NCBI RefSeq assembly: GCF_018350175.1
Contig: NC_058368.1
Location: 108,378,001-108,442,000, forward strand
DNA length: 64,000 nt
Reading direction: 5' to 3'
From: Felis catus
Taxonomy: Eukaryota
The notes below the pieces were generated by a model. It was given only the letters and a program-made list of their open reading frames with translations. It searched no databases and was not told the DNA's origin. The first letter of the stretch is position 1, and every line of letters begins with the position of its first letter. Below are positions 11,638 to 25,468 of the stretch, in pieces. Made by a program: the position numbers and the translations under genes.

Positions 11638-14600
11638 AACATGCTTAAATATCTTGGATGTATTTCATACTCAGCTACATAATAAATAGGAAAATCATTT
11701 TGTAAGCAACAAAAACAAAGACTGAGTATTTACAATAACAAGAGGAACAGAAGTTGCTGACATAATGAAAGTTTTTCAGAGCACCAAACACTAGGCAGAA
11801 ACTTTTACATAAATTCTCTCATTTAATCCTTTCATAAATTTATAGATTATTTATGAAAACAGATGCAGGAAAGTTACAAAATGTGCCCAAAGTTACACAG
11901 GAATCTAAAGAAGCTGATGGGGGAAAAAAAGGCAATCTCATTTTGAAAGATAGTAAGTTCAGAGGACACAATGATGATGGTTCTGTTCACATTTTCAAGG
12001 CAAGTATCTGATGTGACAGGTGGACAACTGAACAAATGATTACAATACAGTCTCATGAAAGATCACAAATATATACATGGGATACAGAGATGTGTACCTA
12101 ACTCTTCCCCAAAATCACAGAGGCTTCCCATGAAATGATATGGAATTGAGTCTTGAGGACAATTAAGATTTTTGCCAAAAAGACAAAAAATAAAAGACCA
12201 TTCTAAGTAAAAGGAACAGTATATGTAAAAGATGATTATACCAACAGGTTTCTAAGCCTTCAACACATGCATATCCACACATATACAGTCATCATATTGC
12301 AATATAATATATATATCAAATATCATGCTGTATACTTTAAACTTACATAGTGTTTGTTATATGTGAATTATATCTCAGTAAAGCTGAAAATAGGGGCACC
12401 AGGGTGGCTCAGTCAGTTCAACGTGTGGCTCTTGATTTCAAGTCAGGCTGTGATCTCATGGCTCATGGACACAGTAATTAATTAGGTATCTTTTAATGAA
12501 GAGACTATGAAACACTTTCCAATTTAGAAAAAATTTTCCATATCTCTTAAAATGAAAAAAATATTCCTTTTACAGTGTAAGTGGGCTGGAGTAGTATGAG
12601 AGATGCTATTACAAGAGTTCTAGAAAGAATGGCAGTGAACACTAAGGCAATCACATGGAGAGACTGACAGGTGAGGAGGGTATACATCTTGAAACATTTG
12701 AAAGGAAGTGTCTAGAGATATTACTGACTGATTAGACTATGAGTGTACAAACATGTTCCCATGTACTTCAGCAACCACCCCGTAACACAGGCAGACAAAT
12801 ATTAACCTCAGTTTCTGAGCGAAAGCAACCAAAGCATGAAGGATTTAGATGAAATGCCCCAATCATACGGAAAGTAAGGAAGAAGTCAAGACAGATGTCT
12901 CCTGTAACTGCTTGACTATTTCCAGTTGGCATAATTACCCATCTTATTCACTTATTACTCCCAATCACCTTTTTGCTATTTCTAAATATGAAACACACCT
13001 TACTCAAAGATCCAAACCTTAAAATATTCTCACAGAGAGCATCTGAAAACATTTAAATTTGTTGAAAACTCTGAGAGGAATACCCAAAGAAGTTTCAAAA
13101 ACATAACTGTCAGGAATGCTCTTTTAACATTAAGAAAAACAACCTTTCCCTTTCCCATTATAGTTCTCATCTTTACATAAAGCAATATATGACAAAAATA
13201 TGAAAATAATTCATAAAAATAAACCATTCTTTTCAATCCTTCTAAGCGTTCAGTTACAGAATAAAACAGGCCAAGTCTTTAGTACTCACAAAACTTTGAT
13301 GTATAGGTTATATACTAATAATACTTATGACAAAGGATAGTAACAAATTATTCCGTACATCTTTAAGAATTTTTGACCTTCAGCAGTTTAGCAAGAAAAG
13401 GTTGATGATAGTTTGCAAATGAAAAGATAAACTCAGCTACTGTCTAAAAGAAAAAACGCTTCCTTTTGATCTCTCTGAATCGCTGACAGAAGAACAAAAG
13501 AAGTAAAGGGCCCCAGAGTAGCCATAAAACCAATTTTCTACTGGATGTTTTCACAAATACTAATTAACATTTTTGCTACACAGCAGCATCCTTATCTAGA
13601 CCAACTATCAATATATAGGTATTTGAACAGACGCATAGGTTTTACATACTGGTGACTTTAATGAAAAGTCAATGAAAAGCTCTTATAATCTTTTCCAAGT
13701 TGCCTGAAATATATCCCTTTTAGAATCAAAAGCAAACACACACTATTATTTCAAGAAACAGCAAATGCAAGTATCATGACCAAAAATCTAATCTCATAGT
13801 TATTAACTACCCTGAATCAACTTAGCTCTTCCCTCTGCCAAATCCCGGACAGTACTTAGTAGGCTGAGTACTTAAAACTAGCAATAGAAGCCTTTAAATG
13901 CAACAATGCCACACTTCACTTAGACTCATCAAATGGACTGAATCCCAAGCAGTGTGCCTGTTGCTCTTTCTGGTCCACTCAGGAACCCAGCATAACCCCA
14001 AGACGACAACTTTCAGCACACATGAGAGTTACAAGTAAATGACATGAGCATAAGCTATAGCTACCTAGAGGAAATATAGAATCTATTAGGCTTCATGACA
14101 TGACACTAAAATAATCTAAGAACACACTAGAGCTGAGACTGGAGTAAGTAATCCAAACACACATACAAACTATGCACTCTAGCTCATATAAGGAAAACCA
14201 AATAATGCAATTAAAGGTACTTTAATTTAGAAATTCTACTTCTTAGAACTTTTCTAAAGAAACCAATAACTGGACACATGTAACCACAAAGACAATTAGC
14301 GTTAAAAAAAAAAAAACCTAAAAATTCTGAATGACCAAATATTGGGGAGTAAATAAATTATGACAATTAATATAATGGAGTATTAGGACACTATAAAGAG
14401 ACACTAGTAAGGGTAATGTAAAAAAATTTTCTTTAAGAGCATTCAAAGATGTTCAGATTACACATGTAAGTTTTAAAAAGTTATAAAGCAAAACACATGT
14501 TTAAGTTTTACAAGTTGGCTAAAAAGCCTATATATTTATCTTTAGGTAGAAAGAACCTTTATCCAAGAATATACAAAATATCATCAACGGTTACATAACT

Positions 14601-15521
14601 AGGTGGTAATGACTAGTCAACTTTCAATTTTTCTAAAACAGGCATGTACTACTTGCATAATAATGCAAAACATGTTCATTTAAATTAATTCTTTATGGGG
14701 GAATTTATTACATAAAAAGAAATTATTTTTTTAAAGAAATGATTAAATAAAAAGAACAGGAAATGAACACTGTGTACCTCTGGATGTGGTGAAAAAAATA
14801 GGGGATCAATTCATGTAACTCTTTGTTGTTGGAAATAGAATGTATGGAATCAATGAAGTTAGGCAAACATGGCTAAATCCTTTGAGCTGTCTTAAATGTA
14901 ACACTTATTCCACTATACAAAACTCCCTAAATAATCCTCCTTACTCCTAACATGGAAGGAAGCATTTCTGTTTCTGACAACCAAATGAATTAAACATACT
15001 CTCGGGAATTTTGCTGCAATCAATCTCTAGACTGTTTTTATATTTATATTTTATTTTTTGCAATCAATCTTTAGACTGTTTTCTTTGAAAACTGATAAAA
15101 TACACCTGGATTTAGCCTTTCGTATATTATTCTTAATTCTTGATTCAAACACTTTTTAGTTTAAAATGAAGTTCTCTACAATTACAAAACTGAAGACTTC
15201 TGGAGAAACAGCTTATGTTTCTTGTGGTGTGACAAAAGCTAATTATTTCATCTGCTTCTCTTTTTTCAATATTTGCATGTGAAAACCTATCGCTAACACT
15301 TGCGCATGTTTCTGTACTAACACACAGTATTTGTATTTCTCTCATATCACAAGGGAAAAAGTGACATATTTTTCTTTCTTTACCTGTCTTACAGCTTATC
15401 AGGAAAAAAGCTCCCAACGAGTCTATTACCTGAGTTCTCAGCTAGAACTCTAATCTATATTCCATTCAGGCAATAAAAAGGCAAGAAAATCCACAAGTAA
15501 GTTCTAAAAAGATATGGTAAG

Positions 15522-15524
<3 letters not shown>

Positions 15525-15563
<39 letters not shown>
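15525..15563. repeat. T39 homopolymer (A39 on the gene strand)
   Basis: Seen directly; no flanking TSD. Confidence 0.9.
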
Positions 15564-15572
<9 letters not shown>

Positions 15573-15787
15573 AAACAAAACCAAAAGTAAAGCAAAACTT
15601 CCACTGGTACATACAAGCATTTCTACCAAACTCAAGTGAGAAGTATTTTAACAAATGAAATACATTTATTTGTCTCAAAATTTTATCCATTAAGCCCAAA
15701 GTGATGCTATTATCAAAAATATATGTAAATTAAAGATACTATATAAAAATTAAGGAAAATCCATGAACTATTCCTATATATACTCAC

Positions 15788-15931
15788 AGAAAGATAGCTG
15801 TTAATGTCCACGTCATCGGTAATGGTTTGGCGCTCTCCTTTATAATTAATTTTCCGAAACCTTCGTCGAGACTGTCTGGCAGGAATTTCTCTTTGTAGAA
15901 TACTATCTTCATTATCTTTGGAATTTTCTAC
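15788..15931 (-). CDS. RAPGEF6: RAPGEF6 coding exon (exon 6), 144 bp, phase 0-0: VENSKDNEDSILQREIPARQSRRRFRKINYKGERQTITDDVDINSYLS
   Basis: Lies within ORF 15713..16012. Boundaries are gtgtttcag|GTAGAA...TATCTTTCT|gtgagt. The peptide is recognisable as RAPGEF6 rather than RAPGEF2. Confidence 0.96.
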
Positions 15932-16720
15932 CTGAAACACATGTTCACATTCCTGATTAAATATCCAATTTTTCCATATTACTGACAGTCTATGGAGTCT
16001 TAACAGGCTCATAAGGAGGATTCATTTACTTCTTGCAAGAAACTGCCTCAAGAAAATAGTCTGTATAGGACAATGTTCATGAGTTAAAGATTAAAGATGA
16101 CATTATAATAAAGATCTGTAGACCACAGTTTCCTTCCAGGAAATAGTCTCACTCACATAAACATATAACCTCTAAGTAAAGTCACTTACCAGAAATGACA
16201 GCTGTTAACTACACCTACACATTCAATAATTACTACCTCTGAGTTAATCCAATTATAAGCTGCCTGATTATACATTTATTTAGGGAACAATCATGGTTAT
16301 GATTTCAGTGAAATACTAAACGGAAAAACAAAAATGTTATGAATTCTTCTTTGGTGTCCATCTTAATATATGACAACAGCCAAGAGTAAGGCTGGCATCT
16401 TTTTTTAAGATTTTATTTTTAAGTAATCTCTACCTCCAATGTGGTGCTCAAACTCACAACCTCAAGGTCAAGAGCTGCACACTCCACCGTCTGAGCCAGC
16501 CAGGCACCCCAAGTCTGGCATCTTTTAAGAAAGAAGTGAAAACTAATAATTACTGAGGCCTTAAAATGGGCCAGCATGCATAAACATACTACTGAGTTCA
16601 CACAGCAGTCCTGTAAGCAAGTATTACTATCTCTAGTTTACAGATGAACAAAGTAAAATCCAAAGAGACTGATAACTTTCCACTCTCACATTGAAATACT
16701 CATTATTAAAGGTGAGTTGG

Positions 16721-16925
16721 TGGGGTGCCTGGGTGGCTAAGTCAGTTAAGTGTCTGACTTTGGCTCAGGTTATGATCTTGTGGTTCGTGAGTTCGAGCCC
16801 TGCATCGGGCTATGTGCTAACAGTTCAGAACTTGGAGCCTGCTGCAGATTCTGTGTCTCCCTCTCTCTCTCTGCTCCTCCCCCACTCACGCTCGCTCTCT
16901 CTCAAAAACAAATAAAAAAAAATTT
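16721..16925 (+). mobile_element. CanSINE
   Basis: ggggtgcctgggtggct head; TSD ttaaaggtgagttgg. Confidence 0.9.
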
Positions 16926-17922
16926 AAAGGTGAGTTGGAATATAGGTCTGTCTCCAACACTTATGGTACTGATACAAGACCACATTGCCTGTCCAGTCAG
17001 ACTAAACCATACTTCTTGAAATTATTTTTAAAAAGGCATAATGATGTTCTAAAGTAAATCATGTAATTAACTTCACATCACATACATAATAATTTCAGTT
17101 TCCCCCACAAGTTTTCCTTCAAATGTTCTATCCTTTGCTATTATCAAAAATTTCTAGTTACCCAAGTGTGAAAATTTCATGAAAAATCCTAATTTCCCTG
17201 CTTGTCTTCCGAATCTTATCTTCAATCATTTCTCAGAACTTCTCAATTTTTGTTTTAAGAAATTCCTCTCACACTGCCCTTTCTTTCAATGCCATTACCA
17301 CCATTCATTTTTCAAGTCTTACTTCAGTCCTGAACTACAATATATAACAGTTGATCCTGATGCTTTAGTCCTGTTCCTCTCCAATTCCATCCTATATGGC
17401 CCAATAAATCCCCCAGATAAATCATCATGTCTCCTGTTCAATGGACCTCTAATAGTTACTAAATAAATTTTAAACTATTAAAACTGATATTCAAAAGCCA
17501 CATATACTCCATCTCCAAAATATTTTTATTACTTTATCTTACACAAGTAGGCCTGGGAAAACTGCTTCTTTATTCTTCTCTCCACACACACAAAAATCCC
17601 TCTCACATAAAAGCTCTAATGAGATATGCAAAATTTCCTGATGATTTCTCAGAAAGAGTTGATGTCTGTCTGCTTCAGTTCAAAAGTAGTGGCCAAGTCA
17701 ATGTGACTATTCACTGGTCCCTATTAGTAACTTATATTCAACTTCCTTAATTTGTGCTACCCTCCTCATTCTATCTTCACTTGCTGAAATACTACCAATC
17801 ATTTAAGACACATTTCAATTACCATCTCTTCCATAACCAGAAAAAACATTCCTCTCCTCCAGATCATAATTAGTTTATTCTGTGTACACAACCTAGATTT
17901 CTCATTAAAAGGGCATGCTCTT

Positions 17923-18370
17923 AGGGCACCTGGGTGGCTCAGTAGGTTGAGTACCTGACTTTAGCTCAGATCATGATCTCACCTTTCGTGAGTTTGAGCC
18001 CCACGTCAGGCTCAGAGCCTGGAGCCTGCTTCAGATTCTGTGCCTCCCCCCTCCTTCTCCCCCTCCTCCACTTGCACTCTGTGTGTCTCTCTCAAAAATA
18101 AACAAACATTGGGGCGCCTGGGTGGCGCAGTCGGTTAAGCGTCCGACTTCAGCCAGGTCATGATCTCGCGGTCCGGGAGTTCGAGCCCCGCGTCAGGCTC
18201 TGGGCTGATGGCTCAGAGCCTGGAGCCTGTTTCCGATTCTGTGTCTCCCTCTCTCTCTGCCCCTCCCCCGTTCATGCTCTGTCTCTCTCTGTCCCAAAAA
18301 TAAATAAATGTTGAAAAAAAAAATAAACAAACATTAAAAACAAATTATTTTTATAAAAAAAAAAAAAAAG
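17923..18370 (+). mobile_element. Nested CanSINEs: a young SINEC_Fc (18111 to about 18320) inserted in the tail of an older SINE
   Basis: Inner TSD aaaaataaacaaacatt; outer TSD aaaagg(g/a)catgctct. Confidence 0.9.
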
Positions 18371-19229
18371 GACATGCTCTCCAGCGCCTTCAGGCCTTTG
18401 CATATGCTGCTGTTCCTACTGCCACAAAGCCCATTACTCCTTTGCTAACATCTTGGCATCCTCCACATACTTCGTGACCCGGTTTAAACAGCCCTTCCTC
18501 TGCCCCAGAAAGCTGCTACCCTTTCTACAGCACTAAGCAGATTAACCATAATTATTACTAGATAAGCTCATCTAACAAGTTTCCTAAGACAGGAAATGTA
18601 TTATATATTTATCTTTGTTTACTTAGCATTCAAAAAGTTTGCCAAACTGGGCAATACGTTAGATTCTTTCTCATCAGACATGTTAGATCCTTGGAAATAC
18701 GTACTCAAGAAATATGAGGGTAGGCAGAATAAGTTACTATTCTGAACAGTAAAATCCAGAGACAGAGAAGAATAATAACCACCTCAACAACTAAAGAATT
18801 TTGAATAGGTAGCAATATATGCTACCTCCTTGAGATTCAATTTGCTCTTCTAAAAAATGATGGGAGAACTACCACAGAATCACTACACAATACTATGTAC
18901 CAGAAACTTTAAGTTATATCATTTAAAGTTCACATGGCCCTATTACACAGCTACTCTTTCTGTTTTGATACATGGTACAGAGTCTCGTGAAACTTAAGTA
19001 ATTCATACAGGTGGTTAAGGACTCAAAACCCATGTGTGACTACTAAAAAGTTCATCTCCTTCACACTGCCTTATCTCAAGGGATGAATTAGATCACCCAC
19101 TTTAGGTGAAATTTCAATATCATATAACCCTTAAATCTTCCAATATCTACCAATTATTGAGCAATAGCAGAGATACACAATAAAGGCTTTTCAAAATATA
19201 AATAGTAAATTAAATCTAGGAAAGGAGTT

Positions 19230-21470
19230 TCTAAGCCTCAAAATTTCAAGTACCAAATGAAAAGCCACACAATATATGAAGGATTAAGTACCCTTAACAA
19301 ATCTCCCTCCAAATACAACTGAAGTGTGAGATTAAAAAAAAATAAAAATAAAAAAATAAAAGCAAGCAAATGCATACCTCATGGCACAAAGGTAAGAAAT
19401 CTAAAGGCCAACAAAAAAGTGAAAGCAAATACCAGGAGACAGGCTACCAGATTTCTCAACTCTAGAGACTAGACCCTCCACTTTGATGGCTGTAGGAAGT
19501 GAGAAAGTCAAGAAATAGAAAATCCACCAAAAATGGGAAATCCAACAGGAGACTTACTTGTGAAGCTCAACCCACTTACTTGAACCCTCACTGTTAGGGG
19601 TCTGGAGGAAAGGGCCCACTCTGCAGAGGAAGACAGTAAGAAAACTTGCTTGGCACTGAGAGAAGGGGGGAGCGGGGTGCAGGTGGAAAGCAACCAAACA
19701 AACAAAAAACATTTTCCCTAAGAATCTAAAACGTAAGTCATCCCTCATGCAGGTCTGTACTTTAAATCTGTTAATACCTTAACCATGTAAGTAAATTTAA
19801 AGGCATTCAGGACTGGTAATGTACATATGCAATGGGTAAAAACAAATCTAAAACCTCTTTGCAAGAATGCAACTTTAACCTAAACCTCAAAAACTTTGCA
19901 CACCTAAAATTCAAGACATATGACCTCATGGACAAACATACTTTCTGCCTCAAAAAACAAGGGAAAAAAAACCCCAACTACAACAAAACCCCAACACGAG
20001 AACAAATAATAGACATGATGAACAATAACGGCCAGAAAAAGGACGACAGACTCATACTTGCAAAGACTCCCATGTATTTTAAGTATCAGAAAATATAAAG
20101 TTATAATAAAAAAAACCTTCAAACAGAAAGAAATTTGGAAATGAGCCAGAGATTATAAATAACAACTAAGAAGATAAGGCTTGACATGAACAAAGAAAAA
20201 AAAATTTCTCTCAAGTGCCCTTCCTCCCCAGTGCCAGGCTAGCAAACAATGAGGAATAAGCAAAAGCAGTGTTCATTTATGAAAAGGATCACAAAATGGA
20301 GAGCCTGTATGAAACATAAGAGCAGAAGAAAGGCCTAAACCTGGGGGGTGGAACAAGAACACTTAGAAAAATCTTCCAAGAAACCAATCCCAATGCTAAC
20401 CACAAAGTGAAACTAGAGGAATTTGAAAGCATTAGTGAATTAAAGGTAACTGTAATAATAAAAAAATCCAAACTTAGCTCAACTCTAGCAGAAGAAGAGG
20501 TGTGGCAGGCTTAAACACTATCTATCCTAAGTCTCTATTACCTTACACACAATGTGTATCATTAAATCCAAAATAATGAGTCATATAAAAATAAAAAGGG
20601 TAAAGAAACAAACAGCAAAAACAAACAAAAATCTAATACACTGCTACAAGACAAAGCAAACAATAGAGCAATCCATGAAAATCAGACATGACCCAGATAC
20701 GGAAACTATCAGAGAATTTAAAGCAACTATGAATGATATAATAAAGGTAGAAAGGTAGACAATATGAACAGATAAAAAATTTCAGCAGAAATAAAATCAT
20801 AGAGTAAAATTACAATGTGAGAAACAAAAAACATGGTACTAAAGAGGAAAAAGATGTTATGCAACTGAATTAAGAAGTAGTGAACTTAAAAGACAAAAAA
20901 AATTACCCAAACTGAAATACAGAAAAAAAAAAAAAGAGAGAGAGCAAAAAAAGAAAGATGAGGAAAGTAAACAGTGTACTGAAATGTAACTAAAAAAAGT
21001 ATTAGGAAACTGGGAAGATAAGGCCAAAAGAAATCATACAGGATGCAGTATAAAGTCAGGATGAGATTAAAAAAAAAAAAAATGGAAATCACAGAAGATA
21101 GATAGGCTGAAAAAATTTAACCTATACTTAAAGTTCAAGAAGGAGATGACAGAAGAACAAGATCATATCCAAAAAAAAAATGAAACTTTGATTAAAACAA
21201 AAACAAAACCCAAAGAGGTCTAACAAATCCCAAGCAGGATAACTGAAAAATACAAATACAAATTCATACAGCAATGATAAAAAGACTTTTAACACAGCCA
21301 GAAGGAAAATGATGATCCTCTATAAAGGAAGGTCAACTAGATTAGTAACTGACTTCTCAAAAAAAAAAAAAAAAAAGTGACTATAAAAAAAAATGGGACT
21401 ATATTGACTGCTGAGAAAAAAAAGGATTCTCCTCACCAAATTGCATTCATGGCACAACAATACTCATGAA
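19230..21470 (+). mobile_element. Old L1 5' region and ORF1 fragments
   Basis: A-rich with ORF1-like motifs (aacaaatcccaagcaggat, gtaactgacttctcaa); heavily decayed; boundaries approximate. Confidence 0.5.
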
Positions 21471-23222
21471 TGCAAACACAGTTTTGATGCTGACACTTCA
21501 TAGTCAAACTTTAGACTTCTTCTTAGTATCTATGATTTTGTACAACTCTTTCACACTGGAAAAAAACTGATTACTAATGACGTTTATTTATATGTATATT
21601 AGTAACTACACTATATTAACAATAAGCTACAAGTTTCAATTATGTCCAAATATATCTTAAAAAAAATTTTTTTTTAATGTTTATTTATTTTTGAGAGTCA
21701 GAGTGAGAGCAGGGGAGGGGCAGAAAGAGAGGGAGACACAGAATCTGAAGCAGGCTCCAGACTCTGAGCTGTCAGCAGAACCGGAAGCAGAGCTTGAATT
21801 CACAAACCACGAGATCATGACGAGACCTGAAGTTGGACACTTAACCGACTGAGCCACCCAGGCACCCCAAATAAATGTATCTTAAGGTGCAGAATTTCCT
21901 TTCATAATATACATATACATGTTACCTATCCATATATAACAGCTTTAACAATATCAATATTACCACCAACATCCTGGTACTACATAGTCTTGTTTCCTAA
22001 TGATTTATGCATATACGTAATAATAGTAATTACATGCTATCACATAAATGTAATACATGTTTATGTATGTCTAATAATGTATGTATCTATACACACACAC
22101 AAAATTTTTAACATTGCCATTACTACTGAAAATAAGACTACTGGCCCTTTCTGTCCTTATGACTTATCCCATTAGAAATGCAGACAAGGGGCACCTGGGT
22201 GGCTCAGTCATTTAAGCAATGACTCCTGATTTTGGCTCAGGTCATGATCTAGCAGTGGCGAGAGTGAGCTCTGTGTTGGATTCTGTGCTGGGTGTGGAGC
22301 CTACTTGAGATTCTCTCTCTCCCTCTTTCACTGACTCTCCCCGGCTTGCACTCCTGTGCTGCTTTCTCCAAAAAAAAACAAAACAAAACAAAAAAAAAAA
22401 CAAAAAAAAAACCACACAGACAAAATACTGCCTTTTAAAGCCACTAGAAACAATAAATCTTGGTAGAATTATACCAACAATTTTACATATATGAAATTCA
22501 CCTGTTTTGTTTTTGATTAAAGATTACATTTTTTCCCTCCTTTATGAATTATTTTAAGTATATAAAAATCTTTGTATGGCTGAACTAATGAGGTCAGTCT
22601 TCTTTCTCAGGTTTCTTCTAGCTCTTCTTTTTTATCCTTCCACATGTATTTTTGACAAAATCACCACCATACCTGATGTATTTTTCAGCGGGATCTCATC
22701 AAATTTGCAAGGTATCCAAAGGAAAATTAATAATTTTATGATAGGAACTCACTATTTAAGAACATGGTTATCTCATTTTTTTCAAATTTCTTAATTTATA
22801 GCAAAGTATTTTTAAATTTTTTTGAAGTTTTTATTTGTTTTTGAGAGAGACAGAGAGAGAGCAGCACAAGCTGGGGAGGGACTGAGTGAGAGGCAGACAC
22901 AGAATCAGAAGCAGGCTACAGGCTCCCAGCCGCCAGCACAGAGCCCAACACGGGGCTCGAACCCATGAACCATGAGATCATGAACCCGATTGAAGTCAGA
23001 TGCTTAACTGACTGAGCCACCTAGGCGACCCTAGAGCAAAGTATTTTTAAGTCAATGTATTCTTCTCTTATGTGATATGTATGTGTATGTGTGTATAAAA
23101 CAGGTCAACTGCTTCATCTCCCTAAAAAAATCTGCTGGGATTCTGATGGGGATTGAACTCAATTTTACAGGAATTTAGGCAATATTCCTTTCTCAAAAAT
23201 TCTCACTCTCTTGATTTAGATC

Positions 23223-23374
23223 TAAAGATTTCAAAATTATTTATGATTTATATATATGTTTCCTACAACTTTTTTTAGATCTATTCTAATGTATATGTAT
23301 ATAAAGATTTCAAAATTATTTATGGTTTATATACATGTTTCCTACAACTTTTTTTAGATCTATTCTAATGTATA
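23223..23374. repeat. Tandem duplication, period 79 bp
   Basis: taaagatttcaaaattatttatg...ctattctaatgtata at 23223 and 23302, with 2 mismatches. Confidence 0.9.
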
Positions 23375-23878
23375 AGGACTTCTTGATGTTTACAACTGGT
23401 ATGTTCACTAAATTACATTTTTCTAAATACCTGTTTCTCATAAATATAAATACAATTAATTTCTGTATATGAATAAGCATCCTGTGACTGTGCTAAAATC
23501 ACTTATTAATTCTAAAAGCTTATGTGTATATATTTTTTTATTTCCTACATACAAATCATTTCATCTGTTAAGGACAGTTCTATATTTTCTTTCCCAATCT
23601 ATCCTCCTTCCCTTCCCTAAATTCACCTAAGCACTTCTTAGCCAGGGATTTTAGTAATGCTGAGCTTTCCATATATTCCCAAATTCCAGGATAAAATTTT
23701 CAATATTTACTGTATTAACACAAATACCTTTAATAAGGTTATGAAAGTTTCCTTCTTTTCCTAATTTGCTAAAAGTTTCAAAAATCATAAATGGGTTTTG
23801 AGTACTACCAAATGCTTATTCTGTATCTAGACAGATGATCATATGACTCTTTAATTACATTACTCTAATTTTCAAATA

Positions 23879-24334
23879 TACACATACCTCAGAGATATTG
23901 CAGGTTTGGTACCAGGCTACTTTAATAAAGCAAATATTGCAATAAAGTCAAATAAAAAAATTCACTTCCCAATGCATAACTTCTGTTTATAAAACACTGT
24001 TGTTTAGTAAGTGTGCAACAGCATTATGTCTGAAAAACAAAGTACATTCCTTAATTAAAAAATACTTTGATAAAAAATGATAACCATCCTCTAAGCTTTC
24101 AGTGAGCTGTAACCACTGATCATAGATCACTGTAACAAATATAATAATGAAAAAGTCTGAAATACTGCAAAAAATTACCAAGCAGGGATAAAAAGACACA
24201 GAGGTGAGCAAATGCTGTTTTAAAATGGCATCAAAAGAATAGCTCACCAAGGGTTCCACAAACTTTTAATTTGTAAAAACACTGTATTTGAGAAGCACAA
24301 TAAAGCAAACTGCAATAAAACAAAGTACCACCTG
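23879..24334 (-). mobile_element. Tigger1-like (TcMar-Tigger) non-autonomous DNA transposon
   Basis: The ends resemble the Tigger1 termini: catacctcagagatattgcaggtttgg on the left and gcaataaaacaaagtaccacctg on the right. About 455 bp long, so internally deleted. Confidence 0.75.
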
Positions 24335-25059
24335 CTAATTCAATCAAGCTTGCAACTCTGGAAATAAATTCAACATAATCGTGATAGTTTATCCTATGTA
24401 CCACTGGGATTTGATTCTCTAATAGTTTAGAAATTTTAGATTTTTCATTAAAATAAACAAACAAGCTGAGGTGCCTGGATGGCTCAGTTGGTTAAATGTC
24501 CAACTCTTGATTTTGGATGAGGTCATGATCTCAGGGTTTGTGAGTCCAAGTCCTGTGTTGAGCTCTGAGCTGATAGCACAGAGCCTGCTTGGGATTCTCT
24601 CTCCCCCTCCCCTGCTCATAGGCTCGCTTGCTTGCTCACTAGCTCTCTCTCAAAATAAACATTAAAAAACAAAAAAAACCCCACTAACCTGTGATAGTGC
24701 CTTTCTGTGATATGATGTACTTGTCAGGTTTTGCTATCACAATCAAACTGGGCTCTCACACACTACTTATATGTCAATAAAAATAAAATTAAACTGGATG
24801 CATTAAAAAAAGGCAATTAGCCTTTCTCTTTCAAGACTTTTTGTATTCTTTCTTATTTCAATGTTGGAGAAACTTCACCAGTGAAACAATGTGGGTGGAT
24901 ATTTCCAAATGAAAAGGTCTGTTAATTACAGATTCACTTTCTTCCTATAATGGATCATGAAGCTTTTCTGTGTGTATGCATGCATGAGCTTGTTTTGGTA
25001 AGCTGTATTTTTCAAGGAATTTGATGATCTAAAATTTAAAATTTAAGTTTTAAACAATA

Positions 25060-25468
25060 CTTTTTATTTCTATCTTACAATGTGAGTGCATGAGCACGGG
25101 AAACAGGAGCAGAAGGAGGGAGGGGGGGAGGAGGGAGGGAGAGGGAGAGAGACAAAGAGAATCCCATGACCCTGGAAATGTGACCTGAAATGAAATCAAG
25201 AGTTGGATGCTCAGGGGCGCCTGGGTGGCTCAGTCGGTGAAGCGGCCGACTTCGGCTCAGGTCATGATCTCGCAGCCCGTGAGTTCAAGCCCCGCGTCGG
25301 GCTCTGTGCTGACAGCTCGGAGCCCGGAGCCTGTTTCAGATTCTGTGTCTCCCTCTCTCTGGCCCTCCCCCGTTCATGCTCTGTCTCTCTCTGTCTCAAA
25401 AATAAATAAACGTTAAAAAAAAAAAAAAAAGAGTTGGATGCTCAACCGATTGAGCCACCCAGGTGCCT
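25060..25468. mobile_element. Young + strand CanSINE (25214 to about 25428) inserted into an older - strand CanSINE
   Basis: TSD aagagttggatgctc on both sides of the inner element; the outer head resumes with aaccgattgagccacccaggtgcc. Confidence 0.88.

Noticed and set aside
15932..16012. In-frame ATG extension upstream of exon 6 (MSLLRLHR...)
   Set aside because: Weak Kozak context (C at -3), and 27 open codons is unremarkable; no promoter evidence.
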